Under the pieces are notes generated by a model that was not told where the DNA came from, searched no databases, and saw only the letters and a list, made by a program, of their open reading frames with translations. The position numbers and the translations under genes are program-made. Source: Candidatus Woesearchaeota archaeon (GTDB taxonomy: Archaea > Nanobdellota > Nanobdellia > Woesearchaeales > DSVV01). Taken from it: DNA of 64,000 bases. This document shows, piece by piece, positions 1 through 8,188 of this stretch. How positions within the stretch are numbered: position 1 is the stretch's first letter; every line of letters begins with the position of its first letter. Location: NCBI GenBank assembly GCA_018303325.1, contig JAGVYH010000001.1:24849-88848 (forward strand), read 5' to 3'.

Positions 1-1
1 T

Positions 2-1987
2 TATTTATCGCCTCATTTAACAAGAATAGGATTAAGCGCAACAATTGCTCCGCTTGAAGAGGTTGGGAGTTTTCTCGTCGGCGCAAATAGGGAATGTAAA
101 ATAGTGAATGTGCAGTTCATAAAAGAAATGGACTTGAAAGTGCTTTGTCCTGTTAAAGATTTAATTGGTGTAGAGCATGCCCTTATGCACCATTCAATGT
201 ATGAAATGATGGATAAATTAATACAGGAGCATAAGACTACACTGATTTTCACGAATACAAGAAGCGCAACTGAGCGTGTTGTTGATTTTCTTAAAGAGAA
301 ATTTCCTGCAAAATATACTGAAAATATTGGAGCGCATCATGGCAGCCTGAGCGTTACTCACCGCAGAAAGATAGAAACACAATTGAGAGAGGGAAAGCTT
401 AAAGTTTGCGTAAGCTCAACTTCCTTGGAATTAGGGATTGACATTGGTTATGTTGACTTAGTTCTTTGCTTAGGCAGCCCGAAGTCAGTTGCAAGAGCAC
501 TTCAAAGAATAGGGCGTTCAGGGCACAGGCTGCATGAAACCACAAAAGGGAGAATAATTGTTCTAGACAGGGATGATTTGGTGGAATGCGCAGTATTGCT
601 AAAATCAGCAATCGAAAGAAAGATTGACAAGATTCATATTCCCACAAATGCATTGGATGTTCTCGCGCAGCAGATTCATGGACTGTGCTTAGAACAGAAA
701 TGGAATGTAAATGAATTATATAATTTGATCAAGCAAAGTTACTGCTATAAATATCTTCAAAAAAAAGATTTTATAGAAGTTCTTGAATTTCTGAGCGGCA
801 AATTTGCAAGCCTTGAAGACAGGCATGTTTATGCAAAGATTTGGTTTGATGAAGTTTCACAGGAAGCAGGGAAGAGAGGGAGAATGAGCAGAGTTATTTA
901 CATGACAAATATAGGTACAATTCCCGACGAGACATTTATAACTGTAAAAGTTGGAGAGGCAGTTATCGGCAAATTAGACGAAGCATTTTTGGAAAGGCTA
1001 AAAAGAGGGGATGTTTTTGTTCTCGGAGGAGAGCAGTATGAATTTCTCTATGCAAAAGGTATGGTTGCACTTGTCAAACCAGCTCTTCAGCGCCCGCCGA
1101 ATATCCCTTCATGGTTCAGCGAAATGCTGCCACTCAGCTTCGACTTGGGGCTAGAAATTGGAAGATTCAGAAAATTAATGGAAGAAAAGTTCAAGGCAGA
1201 AAAACCAGAGAAGGAAATAAAGGATTTCATAAACACCTATCTCTATGTCGACGAAAACAGCGCAAATGCAATTTATAATTATTTTAAAGAGCAGTATGAT
1301 TATATCGGCGAAATACCAACAGACAAAAAGATAATTATTGAACATTATGAAGACCAATACGGAAAAAAGATGCTGTTTCATTCTTTATACGGCAGAAGGG
1401 TTAATGATGTTTTAAGCAGGGCAATAGCACTTGCAATTTCCAGAACAGAGCATAAGGATGTTGAGATTGGGATAAATGACAATGGCTTTTATATCAGCGC
1501 TGAGAAATCAATCCACCCGAAAAAAGCATTGGAATTGCTAAAGAGCGAAAAGATGGAGCTGGTGATGAGGGCTGCTATTGACAAGACAGAAGTTCTTAGG
1601 AGAAGATTCAGGCATTGCGCAGCAAGAGCGCTGATGATATTAAGAAGTTATAAGGGGCATACAAAACATGTTGGAAGACAGCAGGTAAATTCAATGCTGT
1701 TATTAACTGCTGTCAAAAGAATAAGCGATGATTTTTGCATTCTTAAAGAGGCGAGAAGAGAAGTTCTTGAAGATTTGATGGATATTGAAAACGCAAAAAA
1801 GATCATTAAAGGCATTGAAGACAAAAAAATTGCGGTAATTGAAATCCATACGAAAATACCGACGCCGTTTGCATTTAATCTTGCTCTGCAGGGATATGTT
1901 GATGTTTTGAAAATAGAGGAGAAGGTTGAATTCTTGAGAAGAATGCATCAGTTGGTTTTAGCGAAGATTGGGTTGGGGAAGAAGTGA
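2..1987 (+). CDS. Lhr-type (DEAD/DEAH) ATP-dependent helicase, C-terminal part; the 5' end lies outside the window
   Basis: The frame is open from position 2 (…RIGLSATIAPLEEV… helicase motif III). Helicase C motifs are present (HHGSLSV…RRKIE, RIGRSGHR) and the long C-terminal region is typical of Lhr. Confidence 0.75.
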   Translation, partial: YLSPHLTRIGLSATIAPLEEVGSFLVGANRECKIVNVQFIKEMDLKVLCPVKDLIGVEHALMHHSMYEMMDKLIQEHKTTLIFTNTRSATERVVDFLKEKFPAKYTENIGAHHGSLSVTHRRKIETQLREGKLKVCVSSTSLELGIDIGYVDLVLCLGSPKSVARALQRIGRSGHRLHETTKGRIIVLDRDDLVECAVLLKSAIERKIDKIHIPTNALDVLAQQIHGLCLEQKWNVNELYNLIKQSYCYKYLQKKDFIEVLEFLSGKFASLEDRHVYAKIWFDEVSQEAGKRGRMSRVIYMTNIGTIPDETFITVKVGEAVIGKLDEAFLERLKRGDVFVLGGEQYEFLYAKGMVALVKPALQRPPNIPSWFSEMLPLSFDLGLEIGRFRKLMEEKFKAEKPEKEIKDFINTYLYVDENSANAIYNYFKEQYDYIGEIPTDKKIIIEHYEDQYGKKMLFHSLYGRRVNDVLSRAIALAISRTEHKDVEIGINDNGFYISAEKSIHPKKALELLKSEKMELVMRAAIDKTEVLRRRFRHCAARALMILRSYKGHTKHVGRQQVNSMLLLTAVKRISDDFCILKEARREVLEDLMDIENAKKIIKGIEDKKIAVIEIHTKIPTPFAFNLALQGYVDVLKIEEKVEFLRRMHQLVLAKIGLGKK

Positions 1988-2140
1988 TGATTTTCGTTTT
2001 AATTAACTACTAGAATTAGATAATTTCTTTTAAAAACAATTAACTTATCTGTATCTATACCCTCTAAACTATAAATCTTTTAAAACTAGCCCCTTTTTTA
2101 TATTAATATTAATGATTTTTTACTATAAAAAGGTGTTAAG

Positions 2141-3571
2141 ATGGCCAAGATACTTTTTGAACATAAAGGATTAAATTACAAGGTTCCAGGATTACCATAT
2201 GAAAATAAGTTTGAATATGTCCGCCCTATTGTGTTAGATAGTGTTCCAACTATGGATGAACTGGAAAAATTAATTCTTAATTCTGATGTAACAACGTTAG
2301 TCAATCCTTGGACAATTGACGTGTTAAGAGGTTTTAGAGATTATATACCCACTACTTTTATGAGAGTTGCACAAAATATGAATCCTGATGCAATGCAGCA
2401 ATATTTTGGTAGTGATGAAAATTATATTCCGGAGAAAGAAAGAGTCTTGCTTCAATTACAAACAGAAATTGAGGCAAAAGCAGCAACTATTGATGCAGCC
2501 ATTATTCACAAACGAAAAGAATTGGGAACAGTAGTTAACAAAGCTCACATTGCTAATCGTTTATATGTGATAGGCAGATTTTACGGTCATTTAAAAGAAA
2601 GAGAATATCCTTTTTTATTTGGAAATTTATTGGATCCTACAACATGGGATGATGCTCTTTCTCAAATAAAAAGACAATTTATAGAATATATGTTGGAAAT
2701 TCCTGTTGGAAAGAGAAACTATGAGAGGAGAGTACGTAAAATTGATGTGCCAAAGAAAGATATTCAGAAAAGGTTTGTTTATGTTGAATGGCTGAAACAA
2801 AAATTAGGTGATGATTTGGCAGGAGTATTACTTTATGGCTCAGCTGCAAGAACAGATAATCCTGAAGGTTATTCTGACTTTGATAATTGGGTGATGGTGA
2901 GAGATATTGCAAGAGCTCATCAAATTTTAAAGAATACTTGTCCGGCAGTTTATGATGGTAAAGTAATAGAAGCACATAATGATTCAGAACTACCACATGG
3001 AGCCAAGCATTTAGGTATTCATCTTTTCCCTGCAAATGAAGAATATGTAATAAGACATATACGCTTTTTGCATGATCCTAGAGAATTCTTAATGCACACT
3101 AAAGTTTTATTTGGAGAATTCCCTTTCCTTAAAGTTGGTCAGGATGAAGTCATTGAAAGAGGCATATCACAAGCATATATGAAATTAAAAACTATTGCGG
3201 GTTCACTAAACTGGGCATATTTCGCTCCAGAAAGTATTTTGGGTAAACCAAGCTTGTTTGAATTTATAGTTAAAAATGTACGCTTTTTTATTCAGCATTC
3301 ACTTAATGCAACAGAAGGTCCACATTTCAGAGATAAAGATGAATTAAATAGACGGCTTAAAGAGAGAGACCTGCATATTCCGGAATATAAAGAAGACATT
3401 GATTATATTAAAAAATCATTATTATATGCAACTGTTAGTGTTCTGCAACTCCAAAAAGAATTTGTTGATTCAGGAAGAAAACCAAATTTAGATTTCTTAG
3501 TGGATAATCATTTTTATGAATGGAATGATCCTAAAGTAGATAATTGGGAAAGTGCTGCAGCAGATGATTAG
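2141..3571 (+). CDS. Pol-beta superfamily nucleotidyltransferase-domain protein with an approximately 220-aa N-terminal extension of unknown function
   Basis: GS…D.D signature LLYGSAARTDNPEGYSDFDNW. I recognise no other domains. Confidence 0.5.
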   Translation: MAKILFEHKGLNYKVPGLPYENKFEYVRPIVLDSVPTMDELEKLILNSDVTTLVNPWTIDVLRGFRDYIPTTFMRVAQNMNPDAMQQYFGSDENYIPEKERVLLQLQTEIEAKAATIDAAIIHKRKELGTVVNKAHIANRLYVIGRFYGHLKEREYPFLFGNLLDPTTWDDALSQIKRQFIEYMLEIPVGKRNYERRVRKIDVPKKDIQKRFVYVEWLKQKLGDDLAGVLLYGSAARTDNPEGYSDFDNWVMVRDIARAHQILKNTCPAVYDGKVIEAHNDSELPHGAKHLGIHLFPANEEYVIRHIRFLHDPREFLMHTKVLFGEFPFLKVGQDEVIERGISQAYMKLKTIAGSLNWAYFAPESILGKPSLFEFIVKNVRFFIQHSLNATEGPHFRDKDELNRRLKERDLHIPEYKEDIDYIKKSLLYATVSVLQLQKEFVDSGRKPNLDFLVDNHFYEWNDPKVDNWESAAADD

Positions 3572-3937
3572 TAAGTAATAAGTCTGCCAGTCAGCTTTGG
3601 CGAAAACGCGAAAAATGATGCGTAGAAGAACAGCTGAGTTTCCAATTGTTTTCGCTTCCTTTATAGTCTTACGAGACAAAACAGCAAAGCTGACAAATTG
3701 TTTCAGATTAAATGAAAAATTAGTTATTAAGTCAATATTTAATCTGAAACAACAGAATTCCACCAATCATTGGTTTATGGTCGGGTGGGATTCTGTGTGC
3801 TCAAGAACCACCGCTTGATTGGTGTAATTCTGAGCATCAAGAACCACATATTTGTTGTATCATTGTACCATCATGCTACTTAAACCAAAATAGATAAATC
3901 GAGTTAAATTTACAATAGAGGCAGACTTATTACTTAC
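3571..3937. repeat. Composite hairpin element bounded by an 18-bp perfect inverted repeat (gtaagtaataagtctgcc at 3571-3588, reverse complement at 3920-3937). It contains an imperfect-palindrome module at 3582-3700 (family P) and a 'cagattaaatg…atttaatctg' hairpin module.
   Basis: Both arms are read directly from the sequence. The internal module matches the one at 34367-34500 and, in part, 24162-24190. Confidence 0.7.
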
Positions 3938-3964
3938 GATGATTAAAATGTTTCATTTATTTTT

Positions 3965-4936
3965 CTATTGTTGAATATGTGTTAAAAGAGATTTAACTAA
4001 GCCTATTTTCTGTTTTACAATTGTTTCTGCAAGTAGTAATAATGATTTATCTGTTTTAGGAATAGGCACAAAACAAGTATCAACACCGATTTCTTTTAAT
4101 TTAGTATAAACCTTATTGGGATCACCCTTAATTCTTAATGGGTTAAAATTTAAGTCAAATAAGCTTTCTTCATAACCCATGACAAAGTAAATTAAATGAT
4201 GATTAGGAAAAAGAGATTTGAAAGGGTCAAAAACTCTTTCTTCAATTCCATTAGTATGCCTGTTTTTGTTCCATGAATGAAGATTAAATTCTCTCTTAGT
4301 AAATGATTCGCCAATTAAGAGGTATCTCTCATCACCTACGTGAAGATATCCTAACCCATCTATTTCTGTAGAAATCAAACCAAATCGTTCTTGTTGGTAT
4401 GAGGTTACAACATCTGTATGCGTATCTTTCTTTAAGATAACAAAATTACTTACTCCTTTGAAACGAAGAAGATAATCATTATTAAAGCGAGCGATATAAC
4501 CTTTACCTCGATGTTTACGAGGTTCTCTTAAAACACCACTTATTATGTTATTCTCTTTAAAAGAAGATTCTCCTTTTTTTTCTTCTTCATAATGGGAAAC
4601 AACCTGTAAAAAATATTCCATAAGTAAAGAGAGCATTCTTTCACCCATTACTCCTTTAATTCCTCTAACTAGTTCATCTTCAGGAATATCTTGCTCTTGT
4701 TTCTTTTTAGCCCACCACAAAATATCTGTAGCATCATACAAAATAGTAGTAATCCCACCAATAGTAACACTTACACACTCACCTTCTGATAAGTCATGTA
4801 ATTTAGCTGATGGTAAAAATAAATGTGAAATGCTTAAATAGTCTTTTTCACAAGAATGAGATTCGTCAACCAACGTATCCAATGCAGGACAATATCTTCT
4901 TGGGATATACTCTGCAAAATGGTTCACTGTGTCCAT
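3965..4936 (-). CDS. hypothetical protein
   Basis: A 323-aa ORF convergent with the NTase gene. It has no recognisable motifs. Confidence 0.45.
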   Translation of the reverse strand: MDTVNHFAEYIPRRYCPALDTLVDESHSCEKDYLSISHLFLPSAKLHDLSEGECVSVTIGGITTILYDATDILWWAKKKQEQDIPEDELVRGIKGVMGERMLSLLMEYFLQVVSHYEEEKKGESSFKENNIISGVLREPRKHRGKGYIARFNNDYLLRFKGVSNFVILKKDTHTDVVTSYQQERFGLISTEIDGLGYLHVGDERYLLIGESFTKREFNLHSWNKNRHTNGIEERVFDPFKSLFPNHHLIYFVMGYEESLFDLNFNPLRIKGDPNKVYTKLKEIGVDTCFVPIPKTDKSLLLLAETIVKQKIGLVKSLLTHIQQ

Positions 4937-5039
4937 CTAAACTGCGAATAGTTATGGATATAAAAACATTTCCATTGTTTTTTGCTCTTGTTTTTTCCAA
5001 AAAATAATTTTATAATAAATAGTTATATAGTAAGTAACT

Positions 5040-5400
5040 TAAATTATTGTACATCTCGTGTTACTTACTATATATACTAAAAGTCCTTAGCTTCCGAACA
5101 AAAAACAAGGACTTTTGTATATACAAATGGAATTAGTTTGTTCGAAAACTAATTCCATTTAGTATATAACAAACACAGTAACTTTCAGTAATATAGCAAA
5201 CCACAAACATCTTATCCATTTAGTTGTGGTCTGCTGAATATTCAACCAACAAATTTATACTTAACTATTGGTTGGTTGAATATAACTCGTTGTGTTTGTT
5301 ATATTGAACGAACTAAACAATATTGATAAGTAGTTTTAGTTCGTTAGCTATTCGTGGACTTTAAGTAAATGGATAAAGATATTAAAGTCCACCACTATAT
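5040..5400. repeat. Cluster of at least five different hairpin modules, including a 'tatactaaaagt' double-hairpin element at 5071-5168 and a 'ggactttaa' hairpin at 5353-5398
   Basis: The inverted repeats are read directly. The same module families recur elsewhere in the window. Confidence 0.65.
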
Positions 5401-5429
5401 TTATAAAATCCTGAAATTATCTGTTAATA

Positions 5430-6221
5430 ATGCAAATCTTCAAAAACATTGAAATTATTGACCTCTGCCTATTTCTAACGAAATCAAAAACTTTGGTTAT
5501 TCCAGACGTTCATATTGGATATGAAGAAGCATTAAATAAACAGGGCATTCTTATTCCAAGAACACAGTTTAAAGAAATAATGATTAACATCGAAAAGATA
5601 ATAAAAGAAGTAATATTTAGGTTTAATAGTATTAACCAGATAATAATTCTTGGAGATTTAAAGCATGAATTCGGCAGGATTTCAGAGACAGAATGGAGAC
5701 AGACATTAAGGTTTCTTGATTTTCTTTCTAAATTCTGCAATAACATTATTCTCATCAAAGGAAACCACGATACAATTCTCGGGCCAATTGCAAAAAAAAG
5801 AAATTTAGAGATAGTTGATAATTGTTTAGTTGATGATATACTTTTTGTCCACGGCGACAAAATACCGACAGAAATTTCAAAACAAACAAAAACAATAATT
5901 ATTGGCCACGAACATCCAGCAATATCACTTAAACAAGGTCCACGGGTAGAGAAGTACAAATGTTTTTTGAAAGGCAATTGGATAATGAATAAAAAGATAA
6001 TAAGTAAATTGGAAAAATACGCATTTAAAGAGCAGAGAATATATAATCTGATTGTAATGCCTTCTTTTAATCCGTTAATTGAAGGTACAGACATTCTCAA
6101 AGAAGAGTTATTAAATCCTTTGCTTAAACAAGCAGACATAGGTAAACTCGACGTTTTTATTGTAGGGGATAATGTTTATAATTTCGGAAAGATAAAAGAA
6201 ATAGTTAAACATATGAAATGA
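5430..6221 (+). CDS. SbcD/Mre11-related calcineurin-like metallophosphoesterase (archaeal short form)
   Basis: Metal-binding motifs GDLKHEFG, GNHD and GHEHP. Confidence 0.65.
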   Translation: MQIFKNIEIIDLCLFLTKSKTLVIPDVHIGYEEALNKQGILIPRTQFKEIMINIEKIIKEVIFRFNSINQIIILGDLKHEFGRISETEWRQTLRFLDFLSKFCNNIILIKGNHDTILGPIAKKRNLEIVDNCLVDDILFVHGDKIPTEISKQTKTIIIGHEHPAISLKQGPRVEKYKCFLKGNWIMNKKIISKLEKYAFKEQRIYNLIVMPSFNPLIEGTDILKEELLNPLLKQADIGKLDVFIVGDNVYNFGKIKEIVKHMK

Positions 6222-6286
6222 AAAAATGAATTAATAAAACAAGTTAATAAGATAAATAGAATAAATAATAAAGCAAAAAAACAGGA

Positions 6287-6394
6287 TTACAATGACTTTT
6301 TGACTCTCTTTCTCTTTTCTTTCTTCATTCTCTTACGCTGCCATTTCCATCTCATTTGGCCTTTTTTCTTCCATCTTCTCGAACTTCTTTTCAT
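6287..6394 (-). CDS. Tiny lysine/arginine-rich protein that resembles ribosomal protein L41e (35 aa: MKRSSRRWKKKGQMRWKWQRKRMKKEKRKRVKKSL)
   Basis: I translated it by hand. A GAGGT-like motif lies upstream and the composition resembles L41e. It falls below the ORF-table length cutoff. Confidence 0.35.
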   Translation of the reverse strand: MKRSSRRWKKKGQMRWKWQRKRMKKEKRKRVKKSL

Positions 6395-6561
6395 TTAGCA
6401 TACCTCGGTTGTTAAGTTCTTTGTAAAATCAATCATTAATTGATAATTAGATAAGTGGGTATATAATCTATTTATAAATCTTTTGTTCAACGAAATATTT
6501 ATAAACTCGTATAAAATCTTCAGATTAAAGATTAAAATTAGGGTGATAAGGCTAACTAATC

Positions 6562-6707
6562 GGGCCCGTAGCTTAGCCTGGAGAAATTAAGCTTAAAATA
6601 AGACTATTTCAGGCAATGGAGCACTGCTCTTATATGACTGTGCTGCATACAAAAAATAGCACTCCTATGATAAGCAGGGGTCGTGAGTTCGAATCTCGCC
6701 GGGCCCA
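6562..6707 (+). tRNA. tRNA gene with multiple introns (acceptor GGGCCCG/CGGGCCC, T-arm GTGAG-TTCGAAT-CTCGC). The isotype is not resolved; the anticodon may be UAU.
   Basis: The acceptor and T-arm are canonical. About 70 nt of extra sequence lies between the D-arm and the T-arm, which fits an intron at 37/38 plus a non-canonical intron. Confidence 0.6.
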
Positions 6708-6997
6708 TTTAGATTACATTTAATTAATGACCAGCGAATACTCAGAAACAAGCGGATACTCAGAGAAAAATAGATAATGTGACCGAGCAACGAAGTTGCG
6801 TAGGTCGCATGATTTTTTCCGAGGTTTTGATAAAAAGCTCGTGGGAATCTCGCCGGGCCCATTTAGATTACAGTTAATTAATGGCTAGCGAATACCCAGA
6901 AAAAATAGATTATGTGACCGAGCAACGAAGTTGCGTAGGTCGCATGATTCTTTTCCGAGGTTTTGATAAAAAGCTCGTGGGAATCTCGCCGGGCCCA
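6708..6997 (+). repeat. Two tandem units of about 140 bp. Each ends by recreating the tRNA 3' terminus (gaatctcgccgggccca) with a degenerate T-loop, and each contains a GCAAC-GAA-GTTGC hairpin.
   Basis: Direct comparison of 6719-6861 with 6862-6997. The 17-nt tRNA 3' end occurs three times (6691-6707, 6845-6861, 6981-6997). Confidence 0.7.
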
Positions 6998-7183
6998 TTT
7001 TTAGCTCATTTAGCTTTAAATAGTTAGGTTATAATTAGTTTATACACAATTATATAGTAAGTGACGTAAATTTTTATACAAATCGTGTCACTTACTCTAT
7101 TTGTCGGACATAACAAATGTATAACTATTTATGTCCGACATTATAATAAATTTATATATTACTAATAAAATCATGTTCATATT

Positions 7184-7317
7184 GCCTCGGTAGTGTAGTC
7201 CGGCCCATCATTTTGCCCTTTCGAGTTTTATTGAATAGGCAAAGAAAGGCAAAGACCCGGGTTCAAATATTCCAAAGGAGATCAAATCCTTCGGATTTGA
7301 AAGTCCCGGCCGAGGCA
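7184..7317 (+). tRNA. tRNA with introns, including a 36-nt intron at the T-loop/T-stem junction. The likely anticodon is UUC (Glu), with a 13-nt intron at 37/38.
   Basis: Acceptor GCCTCGG/CCGAGGC plus A. T-arm CCGGG-TTCAAAT-[intron]-CCCGG. Anticodon stem TTGCC/GGCAA with loop CTTTCG|A. Confidence 0.55.
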
Positions 7318-7406
7318 TTTTTTTATGTTATTGGGTTAAAAAAAACATAACTTTTATAAAATAACCCCCTTTTTTAATAAGTAACACATAAATTTGAGGT
7401 TATAAT

Positions 7407-7700
7407 ATGACAAAAAGAATTGGCGGAGCAAGAAGAAAAACAAGACATATATTTATGAAGAGCTATAAGAAAAAAGGTAAATTAAGTCTGACAAAGTATT
7501 TTCAATCATTTGAAGTAAAAGATAGGGTTAAACTTATGACAGAATCCTCTGTTCAAAATGGAATGTATAATAGAAGATTCCATGGAAAAATGGGGAATAT
7601 AATAGGCAAAAGAGGAGAATGCTATAAAGTTGAATTATATGACGGAGAAAAAAGAAAAGTATTAATTGTTCATCCTGTTCATCTTACCAAGATGAATTAA
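7407..7700 (+). CDS. rpl21e: 50S ribosomal protein L21e
   Basis: N-terminus MTKRIGGARRKTRHIF…, the size (97 aa), and its position upstream of rpoF. Confidence 0.85.
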   Translation: MTKRIGGARRKTRHIFMKSYKKKGKLSLTKYFQSFEVKDRVKLMTESSVQNGMYNRRFHGKMGNIIGKRGECYKVELYDGEKRKVLIVHPVHLTKMN

Positions 7701-7724
7701 TAGAAAGTTTAATGGAGATAAAAC

Positions 7725-8114
7725 ATGGCACAACCAAAAATTCTTGAGGAAAAACCAATTACAATGGTTCAATTAAAGGCAGATTTGGAAAAAAATAAGA
7801 AAAATTTGGGCGAATTAAATTTCAGAGCTGCAAAAACAGAAGAATATCTTGATCAATTCTTATCAATCAAAGTAAAGGGTGGAGAAGAATTAATAAACAA
7901 GCTTAATGCCTTAAAGATACCAAGATTAAGAGATGCCCATATTTATAAGATTGTTGATCTAATGCCAACAAAGGTTGAGCTGGTTAAATTATTGTTCCAA
8001 GGTTCGCCTTTGACAATAAGTGAAGACAGCTGTAAGAAGATTGTCAAGGTTGTAGAAGATCATCTTCCAAAGAAAAGCAAGAAAGAAGAAAGTGCAGAAG
8101 AAGCAAAGAAGTGA
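7725..8114 (+). CDS. rpoF: DNA-directed RNA polymerase subunit F (Rpo4/Rpb4-like)
   Basis: It sits in the conserved L21e-RpoF operon, and the size and charged C-terminal tail fit. Confidence 0.6.
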   Translation: MAQPKILEEKPITMVQLKADLEKNKKNLGELNFRAAKTEEYLDQFLSIKVKGGEELINKLNALKIPRLRDAHIYKIVDLMPTKVELVKLLFQGSPLTISEDSCKKIVKVVEDHLPKKSKKEESAEEAKK

Positions 8115-8188
8115 TTTGTTTATTTTCTATATTTGTTTTTTAGTTCCTATTTCTTAATATTCTTTTTTTTATTTATAATCCGATTTCC

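Noticed and set aside
13-252. 79-aa ORF on the - strand at the window start
   Set aside because: It is antisense to the helicase reading frame, which carries conserved motifs all the way to position 2.
5510-6139. 209-aa ORF on the - strand
   Set aside because: It is antisense to the metallophosphoesterase gene, which has intact metal-binding motifs.
6708-6997. Possible CRISPR array
   Set aside because: There are only two units, each about 140 bp long, and each ends with the tRNA 3' terminus. There is no short repeat/spacer periodicity and no cas genes.
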